From: Mobula hypostoma
Lineage: Eukaryota
Direction: 5' to 3'
DNA: 64,000 nt
NCBI RefSeq assembly: GCF_963921235.1
Contig: NC_086108.1
Coordinates: forward strand, 69,504,001 to 69,568,000
This document shows positions 36,301-49,066 of the stretch, piece after piece. Position numbers and translations under genes: made by a program. Each line of letters begins with the position of its first letter. Position 1 is the first letter of the stretch. The notes below the pieces were generated by a model that saw only the letters and a program-made list of their open reading frames with translations, ran no database searches and had not been told where the DNA came from.

Positions 36301-37997
36301 TCACGAGTGGGTGAGAAGTACCAGACAACGACCAGGGTGGAAAGGTACGATCAGCGGGAACCCGGTGTGTGTCCGCCCTTGCCTGGGTGCCGGGTTCACT
36401 GCAGAGGATCGACCACATCTGGAGGAGGGGTCACAGTCGGTGACATCACCAAGGACCCACCCAAAAGTTGCTTGTGAGCAATCTCGTCGGTCTGTGAGTG
36501 AAGCCGTTCTGAATGATCAGTTGTTCCTGTTCTATCTCTCTCTTCCCCCACGTTGTCCATCGCCATGGCAACGATTACTGCGAACTGAACTGGACTGAAC
36601 TTTGAGTCATTTTGAAATTTGGTCATTTACCCCTAGACAACGATAGAGCTTGATTGATGCTGTTATCTTAATTCTGTGCACATGTGTGTTTATCATCGCT
36701 GAACTGTTGCATTTATTATCCTTTCGATTACTGTGTTGCTTGTTTCTTTAATAAAACTTTCTTAGTTCTAGTACTCCAGACTCCAACTGAGTGATCCATT
36801 TCTGCTGGTTTGGCAACCCAGTTACAGGGTACGTAACATTATAAAGCAAATCAACTTAGATTTATTGCATCTTTTTTCGATGATCAAAAACCAGCATGGA
36901 TTAAAATAGAACTAGACAAGATAGGAGAAAATAAACCTGAAGATTTTATATATAAATGGGAATCTAAATGGATACTGGAAAAGAAAGAATCTCCTATATT
37001 AACACACTTGATTGATCTATGGAATAAGATAAATGTTGATAAGGAAACACAGAAATCTCTATTAGCAAGGAGACCTTTGTTTCAAAACAGACTTATTCCT
37101 TTTACAATGGACAATCAACTTTTATATAATTGGTACCAAAAAGGGATTAAATTTATAGGAGATTGTTTTGAGCGAGGTATATTGATGTCATTTGAACAAT
37201 TAAAGGATAAATATAAAATATCTAATAATACTTTCTTTTGCTACTTTCAGTTAAGGGCTTATTTAATAGGTAAGCTGGGTCAAACAATGTTTTTGCCAAA
37301 AGCTAATGAAATTGAAATTTTAATTCAAAAAGGGAAAATTAAAAAATTTATTTCTTGTATGTATAATTTGATTCAAGAACAGACAATTAAACAAGGAACC
37401 CATAAGTCAAAGCAAAAATGGGAAACAGATCTGAATATTAATATTGATGAAATAAATTGGTCAAGACTTTGTCTGGACAGTATGACAAATACAATAAATG
37501 TTCGACTTAGATTAGTACAATATAATTTTTTACACCAATTATATATTACACCACAAAAAAAAAATAGATTAAATTCAAATCTATCTGATAAATGTTTTCG
37601 GTGTAATCAAGAAATTGGTACTTTTTTACATTCTACTTGGTCTTGTTTTAAAATTCAACCCTTTTGGATAAATTTAAGAGTCTTATTGGAACAAATTACT
37701 GGAATTCAACTTCCACATAACCCTGTATTATTTCTATTAGGTGATATTGAAGGGATAAAACCGAAACTTAAATTGAATAAATATCAGAAAGAATTTATAA
37801 AAATTGCATTGGCAGTAGCTAAGAAGACTATAGCAGTTACTTGGAAATCTGATTCGTATTTAAGTATGGATCGTTGGAATAATGAAATGGCGAGTTCTAT
37901 TCCACTTGAAAAAATTACTTATAATTTAAGAGATAATTATCTAACATTCTTGAATATTTGGCGCCCTTATTTACAAAAGATAGGATGTCATATTTAA
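33372..37997 (+). pseudogene. L1 ORF2p (APE, RT, CCHC knuckle), disrupted
   Basis: ATG 33372 (SFNVNGLN); in-frame TAA at 33456-33458; GGDFN, SDH, YRPISLLN, RQGCPLSP, LFADD; +1 frameshift in the A-run ~35725-35731; LTR insertion 35995-36838; CFRC...H...C; stop at 37997. Confidence 0.95.
35995..36838 (+). mobile_element. Solo LTR (844 bp) inserted in L1 ORF2
   Basis: TGTGACG...CGTAACA termini; 4-bp TSD CTAT/TTAT (1 mismatch); AATAAA ~36750; removal restores the L1 frame KNYY|KANQLRF. Confidence 0.92.
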
Positions 37998-38929
37998 GTG
38001 CTCCGACAAAGAATTTGGTTACTTGGGGAAAATAACGAATAATTATACCAAATTTATTTTGAATCCCATGGAGCATGTGGAAACCTTCCAATATCCAGGC
38101 GGCTCTTCTTTCTTTCTTTTTTTTTCCCCTCTTTTTTTCTTTTAGGTAGGACTATATACATGGGGGGGGAGGGTTAAGGGGAGGGGGGGTGGGTAGATTT
38201 TATCTTTTCATGTATTCTTTTTGAAAATTTAATAAAAATTATATAAAAAAAGAGGGGATTTGATACACAACTATGAAAGTCCATAGTGAAACCTTACTTG
38301 CCATGTTGTGAACTTACTGGAAGGATAAGAGAGTAAACGTCAATGTCCTTGGATAAGTGATCCATAGGCAGTGAACTCTCCAAGGTTATCGTGTACTTCA
38401 AATACATGGCATTCACTTGCCTGACACCAGAATCCCTAATACGCACTCTATTCAAAGTTCTGTCATGGGAAGAGATCACCAAATGGGCAGAGGAAAAGAT
38501 TTTTGTTTGTGCTCAAAGTTTTCTTGACCAACACTATTAACTCTTCAGAATATCTGGCCAATGAGCACTCAAAATGTTGAGGAAGCACCTAGGATCGTAT
38601 TGAGAATCTTAAGGATATACAGTCAGGAGCAGACAAAGGACCTGGACAAGCAATAAAAATCATGGCTGACACCACAAACTACTCATCCACGTGCTCTCTC
38701 ACCTTGCTGCTTATATGCAAGATATGCCATTCTTACACAGGCCTCATTCACCACTACAGAACCTACAAAACTGAAGTAAGTATACCCCTCCCCCCAACCC
38801 CACCAACCCTGAGGGGCTGCCTGTAACATGTCAGGTGCGATTCTTGTTTCCACACCATAAATTGTATACATTTTCAAGAAAGGGATGCAGCAAAGATTCA
38901 TCAAATTGCTTCCTGGATGGTAGGTCCGT

Positions 38930-39295
38930 CAAACAAGGAGAGACTGAGTGGGCTAAACCTCTATTCTCTAGGAGGCGCAAGACTATTCAGCACCTCAAAT
39001 CCCACCAAGGTAGTCTACAACCCAGTAACATGAGCACTGGATTCCCCGATTTCAGCTAACCTGCTTCCCATCTTCGCCTCTCTCATTTTCATGATCTACC
39101 TAGCTCCTCTTACACTCACCACACCCCTTCACAGACTCCATCACCATTTCTTTCCCCTTTTTTCTCTCTTCTACCCACCCCATCTGCCATCACCCATGAA
39201 ATCTGCCCACTGAGTCCCCCCCCCCCATGGCCCACTCTACCACCTTTATTTGCTTCTGTGTTCCACCCTCCTTTCCTATCAGATTCCATCATCTG
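38930..39295 (+). mobile_element. Old Penelope 3' fragment
   Basis: cagcacctc...ggtagtctacaacccagtaacatgagcactggattc followed by a C/T-rich pLTR-like tract, as in 22303-22700. Confidence 0.5.
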
Positions 39296-40684
39296 CAGAA
39301 AAGAAATAATCAACTGGACAAGCTAAACACATTTTTATTTGTCCAACCATTGCCTACTAAACTCTGACTGAACAAACAAATAATTTGCTGCAAGACTCAC
39401 AAAGATAATGAAAAGCAGTTGTCCCATCCTCCATTTTCATGTAACAGTTCTGTTTATTTTTGCTTTAATGTTTTCCACTGATCTGGCAGACTTAAACTCA
39501 CTATCAAATTAGTCTTTGAACTTGTCAGACTGTATTTCCCCTTGCCCATATTAATAAGCTATGATTATTGGCTATCCTGAATTACTCTTAAAATCTACAT
39601 TTCAAAAAAGAAAACAAATTTTAATTTGTGCTGTAAACAATTACATTACCACACAGAAGGAACTATTGATATTAATTTGTGAAAATTGTACAAGGTACAG
39701 AGTTTCTGACCACAAAATCTTACACCTCATCACATTCTTGAGTCAACATTTCCATTACAGATTGTGATGTTTATCTATACTAGAACGACCCTCATCCATT
39801 ATGGCATGAACTTTACAGGCAGCACAAGATCTTCACGGAATACTATTATAGTGTGCTCAGACCAATTATATAATGGTGACTTGGGACAGATGAGAGGTTC
39901 TTAAGCATTTTAGAAGTCAGTGTCTCAAGTGATATATGGTGAAAATTAAGTGTTAAAAGCTGTGGCATTTCCAGTTTCACACTCTCCAGGTAGTGGAGCT
40001 CCAAAAGAAAAGGACTACTTCCATTTCAACCTCACAAGGACTGAATGCACAAATGTTTCAAGTCTCTAAAGAATAATGTATTTTTTACTGATATGCTGTT
40101 CTGCATTTCATTTTGCGTTGTTCTGTGCGAGCTGCTTGTTTTCTGCTATGTTTGGGTTACTGTTGAAGATAAGAGATAGGAGAATTGTGTGCCATCCAAT
40201 TAGGATGGTCGGATTAAGGGGAGGTTTCTCTGGTGAGGGACATTAAGGTTGGGCTTGGGGCTTTTGTGAGAGGGAGATGAAGAGAGAAGATGCCAGAGAA
40301 AAGAGGTCGTAGGATTCGACCCCGAGTGGGGCTGTGATATGACAAAGTCCGGGGTAATCAGTGGAGGATCGGAGACGGGGAAACAGTGAGCACCAATTAT
40401 TGCACATTAGACTGTTTCATTAAAATGGGTCCTTTTCTTTTTTCTGTTCTTTCCTTACTAACCCTTTAGTCAAATTACGAACTATCAAGCTAATTCTTCT
40501 AATTGTATGTGTTGTGCTGCCTGTTATTTCATGGCACTCATTTGTAACAGGGGAACGAATTACACAGCATCCACACAAACATGGAGTCTTGGGGTGGGCT
40601 CACTCCTCAATCTCACACATGCGGCAGGGCTGGAGATTCTCTTCCCTAGAGTTACACAGCCGAGGAAACCAGAGTGTTTCATTG

Positions 40685-40702
40685 TGGGGGTTCATCCAGG
40701 AT
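40685..40702 (+). other. Primer-binding site complementary to tRNA-Pro 3' end
   Basis: TGGGGGTTCATCCAGGAT vs canonical PBS-Pro TGGGGGCTCGTCCGGGAT: 15/18 match, all differences are transitions; 3 nt after the 5' LTR CA. Confidence 0.82.
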
Positions 40703-40811
40703 ATATTTCGTTGGATGCTGTGTGATTGCCCTGAGCATTGATCCAGTGGGTTGTGTATTTAAGTCTGTGCTAAACTATTGTCCGGTAAAGTGATTACAAT
40801 ACGTGGTTGTG

Positions 40812-41780
40812 GATGCTGCCGGGGTTGAGCGGTGGTGCAAATCCATGTGGTTACTGGTAACGAATGCGTGTGTGTTGAGTGGGGTAGACATTCGTATCCA
40901 TGATCAATTATTAATTCGAACCTTGATGCTGTTAAAGCAGTAGGAACAGTTACAATTGTGGAGCGGAGGTTTGATAAAATGGTGGACAAAGACTTTGTTT
41001 TAGTCCAGACTAGCGCTGACGTAACAGCAGTGGAACTGCCTGGTACTATTGGGGGCCCCAGGAGAGGGGGGGCCATGGGCTGTCCACGCTTTCCGGGAGG
41101 AGGAGAGTGTAGCAGAGCGGGCCAAATCGCAAGCCGAGTCTCTCATAGCTGGGGCCAGAAACTTCAAAGACTGGTTGCTCCCGTTTCTGCAGAGCAAAGG
41201 GAAGGAGTGGTCTGATTTGGAATGTCTAATGAGTCCCCAATTTATTTGCCAGGGAGGTGAAGAGTGGGACTTCTGAGTTGGTATTCACCCTTACCTCCCA
41301 GTGCCCAGGCAGAGGATCCTGGCTATTCTCTGGAGAGAAGCCCACCCCCGAGGGGGAAGAAGAGTATGAGTTTTGGGCAGAGCAGGCCTCTCAGTTGTTA
41401 GATGAGTGGCAGTGATTTGATGATGTAAAAAGACAGCGATTGGTTGAGCATCTGAGAGGCCGGGCTGCTGACGTGGTGAGAGCTGTAAAGACACAGAACC
41501 CCTTTGCCACCTCTGCGGCCTACATCCAAGCACTAGAAAAGGTGTTTGGCACGACGGGAAGCCCAATGGAGCTTATGACAGGGTTTCAGAACATGTGTCA
41601 GGAGAAGAGGTCTGCCTACATTTTTCAGCTGGGAGGCAGCTAAATTGCTTGCGGCCTAGAGGGGTCATTCAGATGGCTGAAGTGGATCAGTTAAGAATGG
41701 ACCAAATAGCAAAAGGCACCCAGTCCCAGGATCTGACCGCTTGGGGTCTTCGACTGTCTCATAAGATTCGCCCCCCCTTG
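40812..41780 (+). pseudogene. PNMA-like Gag remnant
   Basis: VERWCKSMWLLVTNACVLSGVD, SGEKPTPEGEEEYEFWAEQASQLLDEWQ, KRQRLVEHLRGRAADVVRAVK and YIQALEKVFG, with stops and frameshifts. Confidence 0.8.
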
Positions 41781-41899
41781 GGGAAGAAAGAGGAGACAAA
41801 AGGAGAGGATGGTAAAGATTATCTTAGCCCTTTGGAGCCTTTTGGAGCGAGATGGGATGCGAAATGTGAAGAAAAAGAAGAAATGTAAAGAAATGTGAA

Positions 41900-44284
41900 G
41901 TGCCTGTGCTGGCTTTTGCAGACCCCCAACTGCCGTATGTACTACATACGAATGCCAACAGAGGGGGCTTGGGGGTGTCCTGTATCAGGATCAGGGCACT
42001 GGGTTGAGACCTGTTGCGTTTGTCAGCCGGAGTCTGTTGCCCTCCGAGAAAAACTATCCCACACACAAGTTGCTGGCATTGAAATGGGCTGTGGTGGATA
42101 AGTTTAGTGACTACCTCTATGGTGCCAAATTTGAGCTGAGGACGGACAACAATCCCCTAACTTATATCCCGACCTCGGTGAAATTGGATGCCACAAGCCA
42201 TCAATGGTTGGTGGCATTGTCTGCCTATGATTTCAGCCTGAAGTAACGGCTGGGAATTAGGAATACTGATGCCAACGTTTTGTCCTGACGTGCTCATGAA
42301 GGGCTAGGCAGGGACAAAGAGTGGGAGAGCGGTTCCTGCCCCGGGAGTGAAAGCTAGGTGCCAGTTTTCCATCACGGTGAAGGCAGAGGGAAGGCAAGGG
42401 CAGGATTGAGCGGTAGGTCAATTGGGAGCCTCAGATGGCACAATTCCACAAGCTTTCTCTAACCTGACTGCTCTGAAGACAAACCAGCTGCCAGAATTGA
42501 GCCTTGGGGAAGTGGCAGCTGCCCAGCGAGATGACCATTTGGTCAGCGGTCGAAAAGGAGACATGGCTCAAGCGGAGAGGACAAAACATACTGTGGTGTC
42601 TCAGTTACTGAATGGTCCAGATTGGAGTTGAGGAACCAGATCCTATACCGGGTCACGACGTCTTCCGACCGACCTCGGCGTTCCCAGCTGGTTCTGCCTG
42701 AGAAGTATCGGAGGAATGTGCTGAAGTCACTTCATGATGATTCTGGCCATTTGGGGGTGGAAAAGACTTATGGATTGCTCAGCGATTGGTTCTACTGGCC
42801 CCGAATGAAGCTAGAGGTCGAAGAGTACCCCAACTCGTGCATTCGATGTATACGGAGGAAGACGCTGACTACGAGGGCCGCTCCGTTGTTCCACTTGCAG
42901 AGTGCGGTGTGTATGGATTTGACCTGGTGTGTATGGATTTCCTGTCAATAGAGGCAGATGCCAGCAACATGGCACTGTCTTGGTCATTATGGATCACTAC
43001 ACCAGATATGCATAAGCCTTCCCTACCAAGGACCAGAGGGCGTCCATGGTGGTCGAAGTGTTATGGGAGAAGCACTTCATTTATTATGGCCTCCCCAGGG
43101 GGATACATAGGGATCAGGGACGGGATTTCGAGAGTAGGCTCATACATGAGTTACTGAGCATGCTTGGAGTAGAGAAGTCTAGGAGTATGCCTCATCACCC
43201 ACAGGGTGATTCCCAGCCCAAAAGGTTTAATCAGACCTTGCTAGACATGCTCAGAACCTTGGAGATCAGCAAAAAGAACAAGTGGAGTCAACATATTGGA
43301 CATCTGGTCCACTGCTACAACTGTAGACAAAATGAAGCTACTGGGTACTCACCATATTATCTGATGTTTGGTTTTGAGGTGAGGTTGCCCATCAACCTTT
43401 GTTTTGGGACTGACGAGGATGACCTACCACCAAAGATTTATCAGAAGAACGTGTCTGATATGAGAAGGGAGCTGAAAAAGGCTTATGAATTAGCTGAGGT
43501 CACGGCTGCCAAGCAGAATCAAGGAAATAAGAGGAGGTATGATCAAAAGGTGAGGTTCTCCCAACTCATGCCGAGAGACCGAGTCCTCATAAGGAATTTG
43601 GGGCTACCTGGGAAGTATTAGTTGGCTGACCGCTGGGCAGCTACACCCTATGTAGTGGAGAGTCAGATGCCAAACATACCAGTTTTCTGGGTGAAAGCAG
43701 AGGATGGGACTGGGCCTGTCAAGATTCTCCATCAGAACCACCTTCTACCTCTGGGACAAGAGGTGCGTGTCGACCCAGAGCCTGACCTGGACCGTATACC
43801 TAGTAGGAGGACTCTGCGGTGACACGGAGAGACTGAAGGACCAGCAGCAGGGAGACAGTAGACGGACCCCGCCGCTGAAAGGGATACGGAGGATCCGAAA
43901 ATGGGGGTGTGGTATATGCTGCCTTTTGCTAACTCCCCACTGACTGAGGAAGAGATTCCTAACCCTTCTCACACTGAGGCAGATGAAAACTGTGGACAGG
44001 CCAGGTTTCAGCGGGACCAGGAAGAGGATGAAGCAGAACTCAGCCCAGTGGTAGAAGGATCCGAGTTGCAGGAGGGCATGAATGATAGACCAGGGGAGGC
44101 CTCGCCAGACAGACCAGCAGTATTCCATGGAGTGTCGGAACCTGTAGAAGTAGATAATGGGGTAAAAAGATCTCAAAGAATCAGGAGACCCCCAGATAGG
44201 CTGGCCTATGTAGCATTGGGCAAACAGAGTGCTATGGATATCCCCCTAGTGAGATATGTCACTACCAAATACAAACATTTGTAG
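41900..44284 (+). pseudogene. Gypsy pol remnant: RNase H, integrase HHCC and core
   Basis: RPVAFVSRSLLPSEKNYPTHKL..ALKWAV..RTDNNPL; HDDSGHLG...YWP...SCIRC; IHRDQGRDFES, HPQGDSQPKRFNQTL, TGYSPYYLMFG. Confidence 0.9.
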
Positions 44285-44380
44285 AGTGGAGGTTCTGACA
44301 TCACGAAATTCCTTTGAAAATGGTGTTATTAGTGACGGCATGACAAATTATTTCAATCATGAGGACATGGCTATTTTGGT

Positions 44381-44389
44381 GGGGGAGAA
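44381..44389 (+). other. Polypurine tract of the Gypsy element
   Basis: GGGGGAGAA immediately before the TGTAAT start of the 3' LTR. Confidence 0.8.
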
Positions 44390-45034
44390 TGTAATGCGCT
44401 GGTACTTATATTTTGCTGTTATGTTGTTCTGCATTTCATTTTGTGTTGTTCTGTGCGAGCTGCTTGTTTGGGTTACTGTTGAAGATAAGAGCTAGGAGAA
44501 TTTTGCGCCATCCAATTAGGATGGTCGGATTAAGGGGAGGTTTCTCTGGTGAGGGACACTAAGGATGGGTTTGGGGCTTTTGTGAGAGGGAGATGAAGAA
44601 AGAAGATGCTGGTGAGAAGAAGTTGTAGGATTCGACCCAGAGCAGGGCTGTGATTTGACAAAGTCCGGGGTAATCACTGTAGGGTCAGAGACGGGGAAAA
44701 CCCTGAGCTCCAATTTGTGCACGTTAGACTGTTTTTTTAAAATGGGCCCTTTCCTCTTTTTGCTGGTTAGTCAAATTACGAACTATAAAGCTAATTCTTT
44801 TAAATGTATGCGTTGTACTGCCTGTTATTTCGTGGCACTCATTTGTAACAGGGGAACAAATTACACAGCATCCACACAAACATGGAGTTTTGGGGTGGGC
44901 TCACTCCTCAAACTCACACGTGTGGCAGGGCCGGAGATTGTCTTCCCTAGACTTACACAGTCGAGGAGACCAGAGTGTTTCCATAAGGACAATTGATATA
45001 CAAGTCACCAAGTCACTACTTACACAGAAATAAC

Positions 45035-45625
45035 AAGGGATTGAGTTTAACAGCCATAAGATAATGTTACAGCTCTACAAGACCCCACTTGGAGTACTGT
45101 GCTCAGTTCTGGTCACCTCACTACAGGAAGGATGTCGATACTATAGAGAGAGTGCACAGGAGATTTACAAGGATATTGCTTGGATTGGGGAGCATGCCCG
45201 ATGAGAATAGGTTGAGTGAACTTGGCCTTTTCTCCTTGGAGCAACATAGGATGAGAGGGGACTTGATACAGGTATACAAGATGATAAGAGGCATTGATCA
45301 TGTGGACAGCCAGAGGCTTTTTCCTGGGGCTGAAGTGGCTAACATGAAAGGGCATAGTTTTAAGGTGCTTGGAAATGGGTACGGTTGGGGGGGGCGGGGG
45401 GAATGTCAGAGATAAGTTTTTCACAGAGTGGTGGGCGCATGCCAGTGACAGTGGTAGAGGCGGATACAACAGGGTCTTTTAAGAGACTCTTAGATAGGTA
45501 CATGGAGCTTAGAAAAATAGAGGGATATGCACTAGGGAAATTCTAGGCAGTTTCTAGAGTAGGTTGCATGGTCAGCATAACATTGTGGGCCGAAGGGCCT
45601 GTAATGTGCTGTAGATTTCTATGTT
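45035..45625 (+). mobile_element. CR1 LINE 3' end (same family as 14227-14970)
   Basis: LEYCAQFWSPHYRKD...RGDLIQVYKMIRG; ends ...gggcctgtaatgtgctgtagatttctatg. Confidence 0.9.
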
Positions 45626-46824
45626 AACCCTAATCCTACTTGAAAATGCAAACCTCAAGAAATCCAGAGTATGAAGAGCTGGCAAAAAAAAAAAACAACT
45701 GAAGCTAGAAAGATGGGCATAGGGAATCCTAGCAATGATTGGATTGTACATCATAGAATTATAGAGTCATACCGCACAGCACAGCACTGAAACAATCTCT
45801 TTAGCTGAGTCCATGTCAGCCATCAAGTACTCACAGGGTGAATGTACAAACTGAACAATTCTGACAATATCAGAAGTCTGGATGAAAACTGTTGTGAACC
45901 ACCAAGCTGGTTTTGCTCAGTACTTAACAAGAGCTCTGCAGTTTGAATTACAAATCTGCCCAACCTATGGACTCTGGCACAACCAGACTACTGTACACTT
46001 GAGAAGATTTCAACTAAAATTTGGAGCCAGATTTGTTGATTCTACCAAGAAAGATGGGTAATCAAGTCATGAGGATAGAGGAAGCCTGCATGGGAACATA
46101 GGTGGATTAAGGAGTAGGCAAGAAGTTGAGAGATGTAATTTAACATGGGAAAATATAAGATCTTTACGGCAAGTACCTTGAAAAGCTTGTACTTAGAAAT
46201 TCTGGACTTTACTACAAGGGATAATGGGTATAAAACTAGGGAGGGCCTGACCAAGAAGTAATACATGTAGTTTTGGCTTCTATAGTTAACGTACACTCAC
46301 AGACACAATTTAAATAGCCAATTAACCTAACCAACCCCGTCTTCGGGGTATCAGAGGAAAACAAGAGCACATGGAGGTCACAGGAGAAAATGGAAACACT
46401 CAAAGAGAAACAGGTAACTGGCATTGTGAGGCAGAGATTCAACAAATGTTCATCAAATGCTTACATTGGTAGCAATCCAGTTGGAAGCTAGAACTAAAAG
46501 GTTGATCAACGATGAAGATTAGGCCTAAACTCACTGGAGTTTAACTGAATGAAAGGTAATCTTATTTATACACAAACTCTAAAGGGAAATGGCAGTATGG
46601 ACTCTTCCTGTAGGAATGGTAGCTAGAAGCATAAGGCATAGTTTCGGAGTAAGAGGTCACCCATTTCAGATAATGGATATCCTCTTGCTCTGTGAATTTC
46701 TTCCCTCGCATTCATGGCTCTTTGGAATTCTCCACCTTAGACAGCTGTGGAGGCAGAATAACTATCAATTGCCACATCGACTATTCATACATTTATTGTA
46801 GAAGGGAGTCATGGCATGGGGAGA

Positions 46825-47353
46825 ACATAAGAACATAAGAAGTAGGAGCAGCAGTAGGCCATTTGGCCTGTCAAACCTGCTCTGCCATTCAGTAAGATCA
46901 TGGTTGATCTGGCCATCCTTTACCATTTAAATAATCATCTGATCTTCCATTTTTCCTTCCAAAGTGGATGACCTCGCATTTACCAACATTGTACTCCATC
47001 TGCCAGACCCTTGCCCACTCACTTAATCTATCTATCTCTCTCTGCACGATCTCCTTATCTTCTGCATAATTTGCTTTTCCACTCACTTTAGTGTCATCAG
47101 CAAACTTGGACACACTGCACTTGGTCCCCTCTTCCAGATCGTTAAGGTATATTGTGAACAGTTGCAGGCCCAGCACCGACCCCTGTAGCACACCGCTCAC
47201 CACTGATTGCCAACCGGAGAAACACCCAACTATCCCAACTCTCTACTTTCTATTGGTTAACCAATCTTCTACCCATGCAAATACATCAGCTCCGACTCCA
47301 TGCATCCTTATCTTACAGATATCCTTTATGTGGCACCTTATCGAACACCTTCA
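46825..47353 (-). mobile_element. CR1 RT fragment joined to a 3' tail (internal deletion)
   Basis: SGVLQGSVLG..FTIYLNDL..SKFADDTK..WQMEYNVGKCEVIHFG; (ttcttatg)n tail at ~46825-46840. Confidence 0.85.
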
Positions 47354-47473
47354 GGAGAGCACAGGAAACTGATGTTGAGGCAAGGGTGACTCAGGCATAA
47401 TGTTACTGAATGGTAGAACAGGCTTGAAAGCCTAAATAGTTTACTCCCGCCCTGTTTCAAATGTGTTCATGCA

Positions 47474-49066
47474 TAGTGCCTATAAAGAGTATTCATCACC
47501 CTTGGAAGTTTTCATGTTTTACAACATTGAATCAGTGGATTTAATTTGGCTTTTTTTGACACTGATCAACAGAAAAAGGCTCTTCATGTCAAAGTGAAAA
47601 CAGATCTCTACAAAGTGATCTAAATTAATTACAAACATAAAATACAAAATAATTGATATGCATAAGTATTCACCCCCTTTAATATGACACACCAAATCAT
47701 CACTGGTGCAGCTAATTGGCTTTAGAAGTCACATGATTAGTTAAATGGAGATCACCTCTCGGCAGTCAAAGTGTTTTAATCGATTATAGTAAAAATACAC
47801 CTGTATCTGGAAGGTTCAGTGGGTGGTGAGTCATTATCCTGGCAAAAACTACACCATTAAATCAAAAGAACACTCCAAGCAATTCTTCACAAAGGTTATT
47901 GAAAAGCACAAGTCAGGAGATCGATACAAGAAAATTTCCAAGTCACTGAATATCCCTTGGGAGTACAGTTAAATCAATCATCAAGAAATGGAAAGAATTT
48001 GGCACAGCTGTAGTTCTGCCAAGAGCTGCCCGCCCTCAAAAACTGAGTGACCATGGAAGAAAGGGACTAGTGAGGGAGGCCACCAAGAGACCTATGATGA
48101 CTCTGGAGGAGTTACAAGCTTCAGTGGCTGAGAAGGGAGAGACTGCACATACAACAACTGTTGCCCGGATGCTTCACCAGTAGCAGCTTTACGGGAGAGT
48201 GGCAAAGAGAAAGCCAGTAGTGAAAAAACACTCACCTGAAATCTCAGCTAGCGTTCACCAGAAGGCGTCTGGGAGACTCTGAAGTCAGCTGGAAGAAGGT
48301 CCTAAGGTCTCATGAAACCAAAATTGAGCTATTTGACCTTCAGACTAAATGTTCTGTTTGGTGTAACCAAACACCACATATCATCAAAAACACGCCATCC
48401 CTACTGTGAAGCATGGTGATGGCTGCATCATGCTGTGGGGATGCTTCACTTCAGCAGGCCCTGGAAGGCTTTTGAAGGCAAAGGGTAAAATGAATGCGGC
48501 AAAATACAAGGAAATCCTGGAAGAAAACCAGATGCAATCTGCAACTTTTCCTGTAAAACAATGACTCCAAGCATAAAGCCAAAGCTACACAGGAATGGCT
48601 TAAAAACAACTAAGTTAATGTCTTGGTGTGGCCAAGTCAGAGCCCAGACCTCAATCCAATTGAGAATTTGTGGCTGGACTTGAAAAGGGCTGTTCACTCA
48701 CAATTTCCATGCAACCTGACAGAGCTTGAGCAGTTTTGTAAAGAAGAATGGAGAAAAATTGCAGTGTTCAGATGTGCACAGCCAATAGAGACCTATCCAC
48801 ACAGACTTAAGGCTGTAATTGCTGCCAAAAGTGCATCCACTAAATACTAACTTGAAGGGTGTGAATACTTATGCAATTATTTGGTGTTTTATGGTTGTAA
48901 CTAACTTAGATCATTTTGTAGAGATCTGTTTTCACTTTGACACGAAAGAGTCTTTTTTTGTTGATTAGCGTCATAAAAGCCAAATTAAATCCACTGTGGT
49001 TCAACTTTGTAAAACAATAAACCATGAAAACTTCTGGGGGGGGGGGGTATATTTCTATAGGCACTG
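47474..49066 (+). mobile_element. Tc1-like DNA transposon with ~200-bp TIRs and decayed transposase (~47858-48850)
   Basis: TIRs tagtgcctataaa.../...tataggcactg|TA; ETKIELF, VKHGDGCIMLWGCF, WPSQSPDLNPIENLW and RLKAVIAAKSASTKY* motifs. Confidence 0.92.

Larger units (their letters stand above)
31647..38248 (+). mobile_element. Full-length L1-clade LINE (antisense to EPS15), inactivated, with a solo LTR in ORF2
   Basis: 15-bp TSD AAAGAGGG(A/G)ATTTGA at 31632-31646 and 38249-38263; short 5'UTR, ORF1, ~476-bp spacer, ORF2, G-rich 3'UTR, AATAAA and A-tail. Confidence 0.95.
40077..44983 (+). mobile_element. Ty3/Gypsy LTR retrotransposon, internally deleted (no protease or RT), PNMA-like Gag
   Basis: Two ~600-bp LTRs (~40077-40681 and 44390-44983), PBS, PPT, gag, RNase H and integrase remnants. 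Confidence 0.92.

Noticed and set aside
36139..36626. ORFs inside L1 ORF2 as an extra domain or captured gene
   Set aside because: They lie wholly within the 844-bp solo LTR; the L1 frame resumes after it.
40070..44990. TSD for the Gypsy element
   Set aside because: The 5' LTR lacks its first ~15 nt relative to the 3' LTR, so no matching 4-5-bp duplication could be identified.
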